Positions 28,223-38,793 are shown, counted from the stretch's first letter. The stretch is 64,000 nucleotides of DNA from Clostridia bacterium (GCA_017439585.1 JAFSIV010000001.1:14614-78613); one strand, 5' to 3'. Translations and numbers: made by a program. The notes: generated from the letters alone by a model not told the origin.

Positions 28223-30151
28223 ATGGGTTACACTATTGCACAAAAAATTATTAAAGCGCATATGCTTAGCGGTGATATGACTGTTGGAAGTGAGGTTGCT
28301 CTTAAAATAGACCAAACCTTAACTCAGGATGCCACCGGTACAATGGCATATCTTGAATTTGAAACTATGGGATTAGACCGCGTTAAAACCGAACGCAGCG
28401 TTGCTTACATAGACCACAATACCTTGCAGTCAGGCTTCGAAAATGCTGACGACCACAGATATATTCAATCTGTTTGCAAAAAGCATGGTATTTATTTCTC
28501 ACGTCCCGGTAATGGTATTTGCCATCAGGTTCACCTTGAACGCTTTGGTAAACCCGGTAAAACTCTTATTGGCTCCGATAGCCATACTCCAACCGGCGGC
28601 GGTATCGGTATGCTTGCTATGGGTGCAGGCGGTCTTGATGTTGCTGTTGCTATGGGTGGCGGCGCATATTATATCACTATGCCTAAGATGTATAAGGTTA
28701 ATTTAACCGGTAAGTTAAACGACTTTGTAACCGCAAAGGATGTCAGCCTTGAAATATTGCGTATATTGTCCGTTAAAGGCGGTGTTGGCGCAATTATAGA
28801 ATGGGGCGGCGAGGGAATAAAAACCCTTTCTGTACCCGAAAGAGCAACTATTACCAATATGGGAACCGAACTCGGTGCTACAACTTCAATTTTCCCCTCT
28901 GATGAAATTACCAAAGCCTTCTTGGAAGCTGAGGGCAGAGGCGAGGATTATGTTGAACTTTCAAGCGACCTAGATGCAGTTTATGATAAGGTTATTGATA
29001 TTAACCTTTCCGAATTAAAGCCTTTAATTGCTTGTCCTCATAGTCCTGATAATATTGTTACGGTTGAATCCTTAAAGGGAACTAAGGTTGATCAGGTTTG
29101 TATTGGCTCTTGCACCAACTCTTCGCTTTTAGATATGTTGAAAGTTGCTGCTTTGCTTAAAGGCAAGGTTATTGACCCTTCTGTTAGCCTTTCTATTTCA
29201 CCCGGCTCTAAGCAGGTTTTATCTATGCTTTCTGATTGTGGCGCTTTAACCGATATTTTAGCTTCGGGTGCTCGTTTGTTAGAGTGCGCTTGCGGTCCTT
29301 GTATCGGTATGGGCTTCTCCCCAAATTCTGCCGGTGTTTCGCTTAGAACATTTAATAGAAACTTTGAAGGCAGAAGCGGTACTGCTGACGGTCAGGTTTA
29401 CTTAGTTTCTCCCGAAACTGCTGTTGCCGCCGCTATAACAGGTTATATTACCGACCCTCGCGAGCTTGGAACTATGCCTGCTATTTCAATGCCTGATGCA
29501 TTTAAGATTGATGATACCGCTGTTATCGCTCCTGCAAGCGAAGAAGAAGCAGAGAGTTTAGAGGTTTTAAGAGGTCCTAACATTAAACCTTTCCCAACTG
29601 AAATTCCTCAGGAAGATACACTTTCAGCCGAGCTCGCATTAAAGGTTGGCGATAATATAACAACCGACCATATTATGCCTGCGGGTGCTAAAATTCTTCC
29701 TTACCGTTCAAATATTCCTCATTTATCGCAGTTCTGCTTCGGTGTTTGCGATACTTCTTTCCCCGAAAGAGCAAAAGCACTCGGCAGAAGCATTATTGTT
29801 GGCGGTAGCAACTATGGACAGGGCTCATCTCGTGAACACGCCGCATTAGTTCCTATGTATTTAGGAGTTCGAGCTGTTATAACCAAGAGCTTTGCTCGTA
29901 TTCATGTTGCAAACCTTATAAATGCAGGTATTATGCCTTTAACCTTTAAGAATGCCGATGATTACGACAAGCTAAATCAAGGTGATAAATTAACCCTTAC
30001 TAACGTATTTGATGGTATGGAAAAGGGTGAAATTACTTTGCTTGATGAAACAACCGGCGAAAGCTTTGTTCTTTGCTGTAACTTCACCGAGAGACAAAAA
30101 GCAATTCTTAAAGCCGGTGGACTTTTAAGCTATACTAAAAAAGGAGAATAA
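28223..30151 (+). CDS. aconitate hydratase (640-aa type)
   Basis: Fe-S ligand motifs GSDSHT, IGSCTNSS and CGPCIGMG. Swivel-domain GGSNYGQGSSREHAA. Confidence 0.9.
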   Translation: MGYTIAQKIIKAHMLSGDMTVGSEVALKIDQTLTQDATGTMAYLEFETMGLDRVKTERSVAYIDHNTLQSGFENADDHRYIQSVCKKHGIYFSRPGNGICHQVHLERFGKPGKTLIGSDSHTPTGGGIGMLAMGAGGLDVAVAMGGGAYYITMPKMYKVNLTGKLNDFVTAKDVSLEILRILSVKGGVGAIIEWGGEGIKTLSVPERATITNMGTELGATTSIFPSDEITKAFLEAEGRGEDYVELSSDLDAVYDKVIDINLSELKPLIACPHSPDNIVTVESLKGTKVDQVCIGSCTNSSLLDMLKVAALLKGKVIDPSVSLSISPGSKQVLSMLSDCGALTDILASGARLLECACGPCIGMGFSPNSAGVSLRTFNRNFEGRSGTADGQVYLVSPETAVAAAITGYITDPRELGTMPAISMPDAFKIDDTAVIAPASEEEAESLEVLRGPNIKPFPTEIPQEDTLSAELALKVGDNITTDHIMPAGAKILPYRSNIPHLSQFCFGVCDTSFPERAKALGRSIIVGGSNYGQGSSREHAALVPMYLGVRAVITKSFARIHVANLINAGIMPLTFKNADDYDKLNQGDKLTLTNVFDGMEKGEITLLDETTGESFVLCCNFTERQKAILKAGGLLSYTKKGE

Positions 30152-30153
30152 TA

Positions 30154-31302
30154 ATGGAAAACTATGTAAATGCTGCGGTTGAACAATTCCGCACTATATT
30201 AGAAGAACAAATTGCAAGACAAAGAAAAATGGAAGCTAACAAGGCTTACACTGATTATAAAAAACTCGATAAAATTATTATCGGTATTTGCGGTGGTGAC
30301 GGTATAGGTCCTATCATTTCTGCTGAATCTGAAAGACTTTTGCAGTTTATTTTAAAGGATGAAATTGCGGCAGGCAAGGTTGAGCTTAGAACTATTGAGG
30401 GCTTAACTATTGAAAACCGTATTGCTCATAACAAGGCTATTCCTGATGATGTTTTAGCAGAAATCAAAGCTTGTAATGTTATTTTGAAAGCTCCAACCAC
30501 AACCTTAAAGGGCGGAACTCTCGAAAGTGCTAATGTTGCTATGCGCCGCGAATTAGACCTTTATGCCAATGTTCGTCCCGTTGCTGTTCCTGAGGACGAT
30601 ATTGATTGGACCTTCTTCCGTGAAAACACCGAGGGTGAATATGTTTTAGGTTCTCGCGGTGTTGAAATCCCCGATACCTTAGCTTTTGACTTTAAGGTTA
30701 CTACAAACGAGGGAACAAAGCGTATCGCCCGCGCCGCTTTTGAATATGCAAAGAACAACGGCAAAACAAATGTTGCTATTGTTACAAAGGCTAATATCAT
30801 GAAAAAGACAGATGGTAAGTTCTCTGAGATTTGCCACGAGGTTGCTAAGGATTATCCGGGTATTGAGGCAGAGGACTGGTATATTGATATTATGACTGCT
30901 AACCTCGTTAACCCCAGAGTACGCTCTAAGTTCCAGGTTATTCTTCTTCCTAACCTTTACGGCGATATTATTACCGACGAGGCTGCTCAGTTGCAGGGCG
31001 GTGTTGGTACTGCTGGTAGTGCAAACCTTGGCGATGTTTATTCAATGTTTGAAGCTATTCACGGCTCCGCTCCTCGTATGATGGAAGAGGGCAGAGGTAT
31101 GTATGCAAATCCTACTAGTATGTTTAAAGCAACCGAGATGATGCTTCGCCATATTGGATTTGTTGAATACGCTAATAAGCTTAATAAAGCTTTGCATATC
31201 TGCACTGAGGTTGATGTTAAATACACTATTACCGGCAGAAGCGACGGTGCAACCTGCTCTGAATTCGGCGATTACTTAATGCAAACTATTGAAAGTTTAT
31301 AA
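30154..31302 (+). CDS. icd: isocitrate/isopropylmalate dehydrogenase family protein (probable NAD-dependent isocitrate dehydrogenase)
   Basis: GDGIGPI, NLYGDIITDEAAQLQGGVG and EAIHGSAP motifs. Immediately downstream of the aconitase gene. Confidence 0.85.
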   Translation: MENYVNAAVEQFRTILEEQIARQRKMEANKAYTDYKKLDKIIIGICGGDGIGPIISAESERLLQFILKDEIAAGKVELRTIEGLTIENRIAHNKAIPDDVLAEIKACNVILKAPTTTLKGGTLESANVAMRRELDLYANVRPVAVPEDDIDWTFFRENTEGEYVLGSRGVEIPDTLAFDFKVTTNEGTKRIARAAFEYAKNNGKTNVAIVTKANIMKKTDGKFSEICHEVAKDYPGIEAEDWYIDIMTANLVNPRVRSKFQVILLPNLYGDIITDEAAQLQGGVGTAGSANLGDVYSMFEAIHGSAPRMMEEGRGMYANPTSMFKATEMMLRHIGFVEYANKLNKALHICTEVDVKYTITGRSDGATCSEFGDYLMQTIESL

Positions 31303-31310
31303 ATGATAAA

Positions 31311-31347
31311 AAAATAAAAGGCTCATATCGAGCCTTTTATTTTTTTA
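31311..31347. terminator. bidirectional terminator
   Basis: aaaaggctc-atatc-gagcctttt, flanked by A/T runs and placed between convergent genes. Confidence 0.8.
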
Positions 31348-31357
31348 TTAATTTACT

Positions 31358-31906
31358 TTATTTAGTTATCTCAGAAAAAACGGTTTTAAATTCGTTTGTT
31401 GCCGCGTCAATATTTTCCTCGTTTTGAGCGATTTGCTCGCGAGTTGTATCAAGAGATTTTATTAGTCTATCAACCTCATTTGTGAAATCATCTGAGGTTT
31501 TGATAATGCTTTCTCTTAATGCTTTTAAAGCCTCGTGAGCATCGTCAATAGAGGTTAGGTTATTGGTTACTTCTTGCTTTGAAAGCTCGGCATTAGCTTC
31601 GCTGTTTTCGATAATAGCCTTTGCGTTTGTTTGAGCAACCAAATATAATTTACCGATATTTTCGGATAAACGCTCAATTTCTTCGGATTTTGCATTAAAC
31701 TCAGTGAGTTTTACATTTAACTCATCTCGCTCAGCGGTGAGCTTATCCATATCATTTCGAGTTTTAGAAAGAGTATTTTCAAGCTCTTTCATTTCTTTTT
31801 TAAGAGCTTCCTCTTTTTTTGAAAAATTGCGGTGAGCTTTTTCTATATATTCAATAACATCTGAGCTGTTAAAACCGAAAAGGCTTTTTCTGAAACCTAT
31901 TGACAT
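31358..31906 (-). CDS. DivIVA-like coiled-coil protein
   Basis: The N-terminal F..SLFGFNSSDVIEYIEKA resembles the DivIVA F..RGY..DEV..FL motif. The remainder is heptad-rich coiled coil. Confidence 0.5.
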   Translation of the reverse strand: MSIGFRKSLFGFNSSDVIEYIEKAHRNFSKKEEALKKEMKELENTLSKTRNDMDKLTAERDELNVKLTEFNAKSEEIERLSENIGKLYLVAQTNAKAIIENSEANAELSKQEVTNNLTSIDDAHEALKALRESIIKTSDDFTNEVDRLIKSLDTTREQIAQNEENIDAATNEFKTVFSEITK

Positions 31907-32038
31907 TTTAATCTTCCTTTGTTTTTATTGTGAACTATATCATATCACATAAATTTAAATTAATCAAGCATTTTAAATTTAATTGACTTTTAAGATTAAA
32001 AATAGTATCATTTATATAGTTTGTTTTTGGAGAATTTT

Positions 32039-34384
32039 ATGGAATACTTAGAGCTTAGAAAAAAGGTTATTAAAAAATACTTCGGTCAAATGAACGACCG
32101 ACAATTTGAAGCGGTTACGACTGTTAACGGTCCTTTATTGGTGCTTGCAGGTGCAGGCAGCGGAAAGACTACCGTTTTAGTAAACCGCATTTTAAATCTT
32201 GTTAAATTCGGGGACGGCTTTAACAGTAATTACATATCTGATTTTACTGATAATGAAATTAAAATCGGTTTAGATTATCTTAATGGTATAAGAGACGATA
32301 TACCGGACGGTTGTTTTGCGGTTTACCCGTCCAACCCTTGGCAGATACTTGCTATTACCTTTACTAACAAGGCGGCAGGGGAGTTAAAGGAAAGAATTGC
32401 CGCAAAATTAGGTGATAATGCCAACGATATTTGGGCAGGCACTTTCCATTCGATTTGCGGAAAAATTTTAAGAAGAAATGCAGAGCTTTTGGGTTATACC
32501 TCTCATTTTACAATTTATGATACCGACGACCAACGCCGTCTTATGAAAGAAATTTATAAACAACATAATATAGATGAGAAATTTGTGCCTTATAAATCTG
32601 TACTTTCGGCGATTTCTTCAGCTAAGGATAAATTAATATCCCCCGAGGAATATGCGCAAAATATCGGCATTGATTACCGCCAAAAAATCATAGCTGATTT
32701 ATATAAGATTTATCAAAAAAAGTTAAAATCCGCAGATGCTATGGATTTTGACGATATGATTGTAAATACGGTTGAGCTTTTGGATAAAAACGAGGATGTT
32801 TTGGAATATTATCAAAATAAATTCAGATATGTTTTGGTGGACGAATATCAAGACACTAACCATGCTCAGTATGTGCTTGTAAGCCTTTTGGCTTCGGGTA
32901 AAAATAATATTTGCGTTGTTGGTGACGATGACCAAAGTATCTACCGTTTCAGAGGAGCTACAATCGAAAATATCTTAAATTTTGAAGAAAATTATAAAAA
33001 TGCTAAAACTATAAGACTTGAACAAAACTACCGTTCAACCTCTAATATTTTAAATGCCGCAAACTCGGTTATTTCAAACAATAAGGGAAGAAAGGGCAAA
33101 ACTCTTTGGACCGATAATGGAGACGGTGAAAAATTAAAGCTATATACTGCCGAGGATGAGCGAGAGGAAGCTCGTTTTGTTGCCGATAATATTCTCGAAA
33201 ATGTTAGAAACGGCGCTAATTTCAGCGACCACGCGGTTTTATACCGTATGAATGCGCAGTCTAATGCGCTCGAAAATGTTTTTGCAAGAAGTGGTATATC
33301 TTATAAAATTATCGGTGGAACAAGGTTCTATGACCGAAAGGAAATAAAAGATGTTCTTGCATATTTGCAGCTTATAAACAATAATAATGATGATTTAAGA
33401 TTAAGACGAATTATAAACGAGCCTAAAAGAGGAATAGGGGATACAACCGTAAACCGTGCTGGTGAGATTTCTGCTCAATTAGGTATTTCGCTTTTTGAAC
33501 TTTTTAAATCAGCAGACGAATACGCTGTTTTATCGCGTGCCAGCGGTAAAATCAAACAATTTGTTGAGTTAATTGAGAATTTAACAGAAAAATCAGAAGA
33601 ACTTTCTATTTCTGAGCTTTTTGATGAAATGCTCGATAAAACAGGTTATCTTATTGCTTTAAAGGCTGAGGGCGAGGAAGCTCAGGATAGGGTAGACAAT
33701 GTTATGGAATTTTCTTCTAACATAGCTCAATACGAGCTTGAAACCGAGGAACCTTCGCTTTCTGATTTCTTAGAGCAAATATCCCTTATAAGTGATATAG
33801 ATTCTTTTGATACCGAACAGGACAAGGTTGTTTTAATGACTGTGCACTCTGCAAAAGGCTTAGAGTTTAAAAATGTTTATTTAATCGGTATGGAAGAGGG
33901 CATTTTCCCCGGAAATCAATCTATTTATGGCGGTCCTGAGGAAATAGAGGAAGAACGCCGATTAGCTTATGTTGCTATAACAAGAGCTAAGAAAAAGCTT
34001 ACGGTTACTAATAGCTTTTCGCGTATGATTTTTGGTCAAACAACCAGAAATATGCCATCCCGTTTTGTAAACGAAATTCCTGACGAATATGTTGAAACTT
34101 CTTCGGCTTATTCGCCATATAAAAAGGTAGCTATCACCGAAAAAACTTATAACACAAAGGTTACAAGTTTTGCTAATTCTTTCACCGCGAGTGCAACTCA
34201 AAAATCCTATACGAGCACAGAAAAAACCGAATATACAGTTGGTATGCAGGTATCTCATAAGACCTTTGGTACGGGTATCGTATTATCTGTTACCAAAATG
34301 AGCAACGATACTATGCTCGAAATCGCTTTTGACAAGGTTGGTACTAAAAAAATAATGGCTAATTTTGCAAAATTAACAGTTTAG
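32039..34384 (+). CDS. pcrA: ATP-dependent DNA helicase PcrA/UvrD
   Basis: Walker A AGAGSGKT, DEYQDTN, VGDDDQSIYRFRGA, QNYRST and VHSAKGLEF motifs. ATG at 32039 lies 6 nt after GGAGA. Confidence 0.95.
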   Translation: MEYLELRKKVIKKYFGQMNDRQFEAVTTVNGPLLVLAGAGSGKTTVLVNRILNLVKFGDGFNSNYISDFTDNEIKIGLDYLNGIRDDIPDGCFAVYPSNPWQILAITFTNKAAGELKERIAAKLGDNANDIWAGTFHSICGKILRRNAELLGYTSHFTIYDTDDQRRLMKEIYKQHNIDEKFVPYKSVLSAISSAKDKLISPEEYAQNIGIDYRQKIIADLYKIYQKKLKSADAMDFDDMIVNTVELLDKNEDVLEYYQNKFRYVLVDEYQDTNHAQYVLVSLLASGKNNICVVGDDDQSIYRFRGATIENILNFEENYKNAKTIRLEQNYRSTSNILNAANSVISNNKGRKGKTLWTDNGDGEKLKLYTAEDEREEARFVADNILENVRNGANFSDHAVLYRMNAQSNALENVFARSGISYKIIGGTRFYDRKEIKDVLAYLQLINNNNDDLRLRRIINEPKRGIGDTTVNRAGEISAQLGISLFELFKSADEYAVLSRASGKIKQFVELIENLTEKSEELSISELFDEMLDKTGYLIALKAEGEEAQDRVDNVMEFSSNIAQYELETEEPSLSDFLEQISLISDIDSFDTEQDKVVLMTVHSAKGLEFKNVYLIGMEEGIFPGNQSIYGGPEEIEEERRLAYVAITRAKKKLTVTNSFSRMIFGQTTRNMPSRFVNEIPDEYVETSSAYSPYKKVAITEKTYNTKVTSFANSFTASATQKSYTSTEKTEYTVGMQVSHKTFGTGIVLSVTKMSNDTMLEIAFDKVGTKKIMANFAKLTV

Positions 34385-34444
34385 CAACAAGATTTTTTAA
34401 AAAATAAAGTATAATTTTTATAATATTTCGAAAGGGGAAAAGCA

Positions 34445-35248
34445 ATGACCGTAGGAAGTAGTGGTATTAAAAAAACTGCAAAATCTTTATTATCGGGCAA
34501 TATGTTGAAATCGGTTATAAGCTCGCTTGTATTTCTATTTTGCGTTTGGATAGGTGTTAATTTATCAACCGTTATTACAACATTTTGTGGTTCTGTTTAT
34601 TCGTATATTTTTCTCTTTTTCTTTACATTATGCTTAACAATACCGTTATTCTTCGGGCTTTTGCGGTTTACATGGCGGCTTATTAAAGACCTGGATGATA
34701 AACCAATTTCAGTTTTTTATTATTTTTCTCATATTTCTTTATATTTTAAGGTTTTAAAACTTGTCTTTGCAGTATTTTTCAAGCTTTTGCCTATCGCTGT
34801 AATTTTGTTTTTACCCGTTTTCTTTATCTGGGTTTTATCTCAAAGCTTTATTTTTGAAATGTTTGATATTTCAATACCGCTATGGTCTAGAAATTTAACC
34901 TATGCTTTATTTTTTTCAAGAACAATTTCTAACTTTTTACTTATATTTTTCTCTTTAAAATACTATATTGCGCCTGTTCTTTTTGTTGCAGATGAAAAGA
35001 TTGATGTCAGAGAAGCGCTTTATATGTCTTATGTTATTTCTAAGAAAACCAGTCTTGATTTTATTTTCTTAATCTTCAGTTTTACAGGTTGGATTATTGT
35101 TTCTTTATTTGCATTTCCCCTTATTTTTACTTTGCCATATTTTTTAACTGCTTACGCAGTTCATACCGATTTGGCAATAACCGAATACAACGAGCATATT
35201 GAGAAACTAAACGAAAAGAATTATCCGACTTTCAGTGTGGGTGTATAA
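34445..35248 (+). CDS. DUF975-like integral membrane protein
   Basis: 267 aa with 5-6 TM segments. The N-terminal IKKTAKSLLSGNMLKSV resembles the DUF975 start pattern. Confidence 0.5.
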   Translation: MTVGSSGIKKTAKSLLSGNMLKSVISSLVFLFCVWIGVNLSTVITTFCGSVYSYIFLFFFTLCLTIPLFFGLLRFTWRLIKDLDDKPISVFYYFSHISLYFKVLKLVFAVFFKLLPIAVILFLPVFFIWVLSQSFIFEMFDISIPLWSRNLTYALFFSRTISNFLLIFFSLKYYIAPVLFVADEKIDVREALYMSYVISKKTSLDFIFLIFSFTGWIIVSLFAFPLIFTLPYFLTAYAVHTDLAITEYNEHIEKLNEKNYPTFSVGV

Positions 35249-35249
35249 A

Positions 35250-35822
35250 ATGAAGGATGTAATTTTAGCTTCGGGGTCTCCCAGAAGAAAAGAGCTGTTA
35301 AAACTATTATTTGAAGATTTTGAAATAATAGTTTCCAAAAAAGATGAAACCTTGCCGAAAAATATTTCAGCCGAAAAAATCCCCGAATATTTAAGCTTTA
35401 TAAAAGGGGAGGATATCGCAAAAGAGAATCCTGAAAGCCTTGTCATTTCTGCTGACACAATTGTTTTGTTAAACGGTGAAATATTAGGCAAGCCAAAAGA
35501 TAAAGCAGATGCCTTTAATATGCTTAATTCTTTATCGGGTAATTTTCATTTTGTTATAACCGGTTGCAGTTTGTTTTATAAAGGTGAGCATAAAAGCTTC
35601 TCGGTTACCACAAAGGTTAAATTTTATGAGCTTGAAGAAATTGAAATTACTGAGTATATAAACTCCGCTGAGCCCTATGATAAAGCTGGAGGTTACGGAA
35701 TACAATCAAAGGGCGGTTTATTTGTTGAATTTATTGAAGGCGATTATAATAATGTTGTCGGTTTTCCAATAGCAGAGCTTAAAAGAGAAATAAGCAATTT
35801 TGCGCCTGTTTTCTTAAAATAA
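35250..35822 (+). CDS. maf: Maf-like nucleoside triphosphate pyrophosphatase
   Basis: ILASGSPRRKELL, ISADTIV and GKPKD motifs. ATG at 35250. Confidence 0.9.
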   Translation: MKDVILASGSPRRKELLKLLFEDFEIIVSKKDETLPKNISAEKIPEYLSFIKGEDIAKENPESLVISADTIVLLNGEILGKPKDKADAFNMLNSLSGNFHFVITGCSLFYKGEHKSFSVTTKVKFYELEEIEITEYINSAEPYDKAGGYGIQSKGGLFVEFIEGDYNNVVGFPIAELKREISNFAPVFLK

Positions 35823-35827
35823 TTTTC

Positions 35828-35856
35828 TTGACAATTTAAAATTTATAATATATAAT
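35828..35856 (+). promoter_or_regulatory. consensus sigma-A promoter of the glpP operon
   Basis: TTGACA (35828-35833), 17-nt spacer, TATAAT (35851-35856). Confidence 0.6.
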
Positions 35857-35870
35857 ATTTTTGGAGATTT

Positions 35871-35910
35871 GAGATGCAAAACACCTTAGGTGTATTGCAT
35901 CTTTTTATTT
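35871..35910 (+). promoter_or_regulatory. leader terminator/attenuator between promoter and glpP
   Basis: gatgcaaaacacc / ggtgtattgcatc: 13-position stem with one mismatch and a 3-nt loop, followed by tttttatttt. It lies downstream of the -10 box and 17 nt upstream of the glpP ATG. Confidence 0.6.
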
Positions 35911-35926
35911 TAGAAAGGGGAAAATT

Positions 35927-36481
35927 ATGACAAAAAGCGACCTCTTTTACATATTAGAACGAAGTCCGGTTATTGCGGCAGTGCGTGATGATAATTTCGA
36001 AGACGCTCTTTCTTCGTCCGCAGAGATAATTTTCTATCTTAAAGCTAATCTATTAACGGTTAAAAATCGTGTTTTAGCGGCTATAAACAGTGGAAAAATT
36101 ATATTTATTCATATTGATTTAGCAGAAGGAATTGCAAAAGACCAAACCGGCATTAAATTCTTAGCAAATATTGGTGTTCACGGTATTATAAGCACTCGAA
36201 GTCACTTAATTAAAAGTGCCAATGAAGAGGGCTTGATTACTGTCCAACGCTTGTTTGCACTTGATTCTCAGGGGATAAACAATGTTCGGGAAATTATGGG
36301 CTCGGCCGATTTTATCGAAATAATGCCTGGTGTTATTCCAAAAGTTATTGAGAAATTTGTTAAAACTAACGGAGATATTATAGCAGGCGGTTTAATCGAA
36401 ACAAAGGACGAAGTTATAACTGCTTTAAAGTTAGGCGCAATCGCCGTTTCAACAGGAAAAACCCATTTATGGGAGTTATAA
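35927..36481 (+). CDS. glpP: glycerol-3-phosphate-responsive antiterminator GlpP family protein
   Basis: Collinear with B. subtilis GlpP: PVIAAVRD, HIDLAEGI, HGIISTR, VQRLFALDS, IEIMPGVIPKVI, IAGGLI and AVSTGKTHLW. Confidence 0.85.
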   Translation: MTKSDLFYILERSPVIAAVRDDNFEDALSSSAEIIFYLKANLLTVKNRVLAAINSGKIIFIHIDLAEGIAKDQTGIKFLANIGVHGIISTRSHLIKSANEEGLITVQRLFALDSQGINNVREIMGSADFIEIMPGVIPKVIEKFVKTNGDIIAGGLIETKDEVITALKLGAIAVSTGKTHLWEL

Positions 36482-36497
36482 AAAGAGGAGAATATTT

Positions 36498-37610
36498 ATG
36501 AGTAAGACAAATATTGTTGATTGGAAAACTATTACCGATTTCGTTATTGATTCTTTTGTTGGTTACGGAATCCCTAGAAAAGATGCTGAAATATGTGCCG
36601 ATGTTCTTTTAGCTTCTGATAAAAGAGGTATTGAATCACACGGTGTAAACCGTTTTAAGCCAGTTTACCTTGACCGCATTAAAGCAGGAATTCAAAATCC
36701 TGTTACCGAAATTGAAATTGTTAAAGAAACTCCTACAACCGCAGTTATTGACGGTCATCACGGTATGGGTCAGGTTATTGGACATACTGCTATGTCTATG
36801 GCTATCAAAAAAGCTAAGGAATATGGACTTGGAATGGTTGCTGTTAGAAATTCCTGTCATTACGGTATTGCAGGATACTATACAACTATGGCAACAAAGG
36901 CAGGATGTATCGGTATGACAGGTACTAACGCCCGTCCCTCAGTTGCTCCAACCTTTGGTGTTGAGGGTATGTTCGGTACTAATCCTTTCACAATCGGTGT
37001 TCCTACCGATGAAGCTTTTGACTTTAACTTCGACTGCGCAACCTCAATTACTCAAAACGGTAAGGTTGAGTATTATGAGAGAATAGGTGAGGATGTTCAT
37101 CCTGGTACTATTATTGCTGATGACGGTTCTGCCGTTGAAGGCGATGCAGGCGTTGCATTAAAGAAAATTCGCGGCGGTACTGCTGCACTTACAACACTTG
37201 GCGGTATCGGTGAAGATTTAGGCGGTTACAAGGGCTACGGTTTTGCTCTTGCAGTTGAATTTTTATCTTCTATTCTTCAAGACGGCGCTTATGGTAAAGA
37301 CCTTGACGGTAAAGATGAAAACGGCAATATCCGTCCTTATCAATTAGGTCATTGGTTCTTAGCTATTGATACCGATCACTTTATGGGCGAGGATGTTGCT
37401 CGTAAAAAAGCAGGCAAAATCACCCGTAGTATGCGCGCATCTAAAAAAATGCCCAATGCAGAGCGTATCTATACCGCAGGCGAAAAAGAGTATGAAATCG
37501 AATTATCAAGAGCCAGTGGTGTGCCGATTAATGAGTCAGTTCAAAAAGAAATTATTCAAATTAGAGATGAATTGGGCTTAACACAGTATAAATTTCCTTG
37601 GGAGGAATAG
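36498..37610 (+). CDS. Ldh_2 family (malate/L-lactate/ureidoglycolate-type) NAD(P)H-dependent oxidoreductase
   Basis: About 370 aa; GIESHGVNRF, HHGMGQV, SCHYGIAGYY and GTNPF motifs typical of the Ldh_2 family. Confidence 0.8.
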   Translation: MSKTNIVDWKTITDFVIDSFVGYGIPRKDAEICADVLLASDKRGIESHGVNRFKPVYLDRIKAGIQNPVTEIEIVKETPTTAVIDGHHGMGQVIGHTAMSMAIKKAKEYGLGMVAVRNSCHYGIAGYYTTMATKAGCIGMTGTNARPSVAPTFGVEGMFGTNPFTIGVPTDEAFDFNFDCATSITQNGKVEYYERIGEDVHPGTIIADDGSAVEGDAGVALKKIRGGTAALTTLGGIGEDLGGYKGYGFALAVEFLSSILQDGAYGKDLDGKDENGNIRPYQLGHWFLAIDTDHFMGEDVARKKAGKITRSMRASKKMPNAERIYTAGEKEYEIELSRASGVPINESVQKEIIQIRDELGLTQYKFPWEE

Positions 37611-37612
37611 TT

Positions 37613-38785
37613 TTGGATATCCGTAAAGAATCACTTAACAAACATTATGAATGGCAAGGAAAAATTGAGGTTATTTCCCGTGCGCCTATAAATTCTCGCG
37701 AAGATTTATCTTTGGCTTATACTCCGGGTGTTGCCGAGCCTTGTCTTGAAATAAATAAAGATATAAACAAATCTTATGAACTAACCAGACGTTCAAATTT
37801 AGTTGCTGTTGTAACAGATGGTACTGCTGTTTTAGGTCTTGGTGATATTGGTCCCGAGGCAGGTATGCCGGTTATGGAGGGTAAATGCGCTTTATTTAAG
37901 GCTTTTGCCGATGTTGATGCTTTTCCGCTTTGTATAAAATCCAAAGATGTTGATGAAATTGTTAGAACAATTTATCTTTTATCTGGTTCTTTCGGCGGAG
38001 TGAATCTTGAAGATATTTCAGCTCCTCGCTGTTTTGAAATTGAAGAAAAATTAAAACAAATTTGCGATATACCGATTTTTCATGATGACCAGCATGGCAC
38101 CGCAATTGTTGTTGCAGCTGCTTTAATTAACGCTTTAAAGCTTGTTAAAAAAGAAATAGGAAGCATTAAGGTTGTTATAAATGGTGCAGGTTCAGCAGGC
38201 ATTGCAATAGGAAAACATCTTCTAAATATAGGTGTTAAAAATCTTACTTTTTGCGACCGTTTTGGTATTATTTGCGAGGGAGATGCAAATAACAATTCTG
38301 CGCAAGAAGAAATTGCTAGGTTCACAAACCTTGAACAAAAAAAGGGAAGTCTTGCTGATGCAATGAAGGGCGCAGATGTGTTTATTGGTGTTTCTGCTCC
38401 TAATATTGTAACTGAGGAAATGGTTGCTAGCATGGCTAATGATTCAATTCTTTTCCCAATGGCTAACCCAACCCCTGAAATTATGCCTGACCTTGCAAAA
38501 AAAGCAGGCGCGCGCGTTGTAGGAACAGGACGTTCTGATTTTCCAAACCAAATCAACAATGTTTTGGCTTTTCCGGGAATTTTTAGAGGCGCACTTGATT
38601 GTAGAGCTCGTTGCATAAGCGAAGAAATGAAGGTTGCTACCTCTTATGCATTAGCGTCTTTGATACCAGATGACGAAATAACCGAAAAAAACATTATTGC
38701 TAATGCTCTTGATAAAAGAGTTGCAGAGGTTGTAGCAAAAGCCGTAATTAAAGTTGCTCGCGAAACCGGTGTTGCAAGAATATAA
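37613..38785 (+). CDS. NAD(P)-dependent malic enzyme (short MaeB/YtsJ type)
   Basis: [43 protein letters not shown] and ANPTPEI. TTG at 37613 lies 7 nt after GGAGG. Confidence 0.9.
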   Translation: MDIRKESLNKHYEWQGKIEVISRAPINSREDLSLAYTPGVAEPCLEINKDINKSYELTRRSNLVAVVTDGTAVLGLGDIGPEAGMPVMEGKCALFKAFADVDAFPLCIKSKDVDEIVRTIYLLSGSFGGVNLEDISAPRCFEIEEKLKQICDIPIFHDDQHGTAIVVAAALINALKLVKKEIGSIKVVINGAGSAGIAIGKHLLNIGVKNLTFCDRFGIICEGDANNNSAQEEIARFTNLEQKKGSLADAMKGADVFIGVSAPNIVTEEMVASMANDSILFPMANPTPEIMPDLAKKAGARVVGTGRSDFPNQINNVLAFPGIFRGALDCRARCISEEMKVATSYALASLIPDDEITEKNIIANALDKRVAEVVAKAVIKVARETGVARI

Positions 38786-38793
38786 ATTTTTTA

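Noticed and set aside
38080-38616. 178-aa antisense ORF within the malic enzyme gene. Similar antisense ORFs lie at 17471-18001, 4135-4617, 1390-1746, 62859-63275, 52589-52939 and 9833-10195.
   Set aside because: All lie opposite strongly conserved genes, lack RBS or promoter signals, and show the Ser/Leu/Ile-rich composition typical of the antisense frame of coding DNA.
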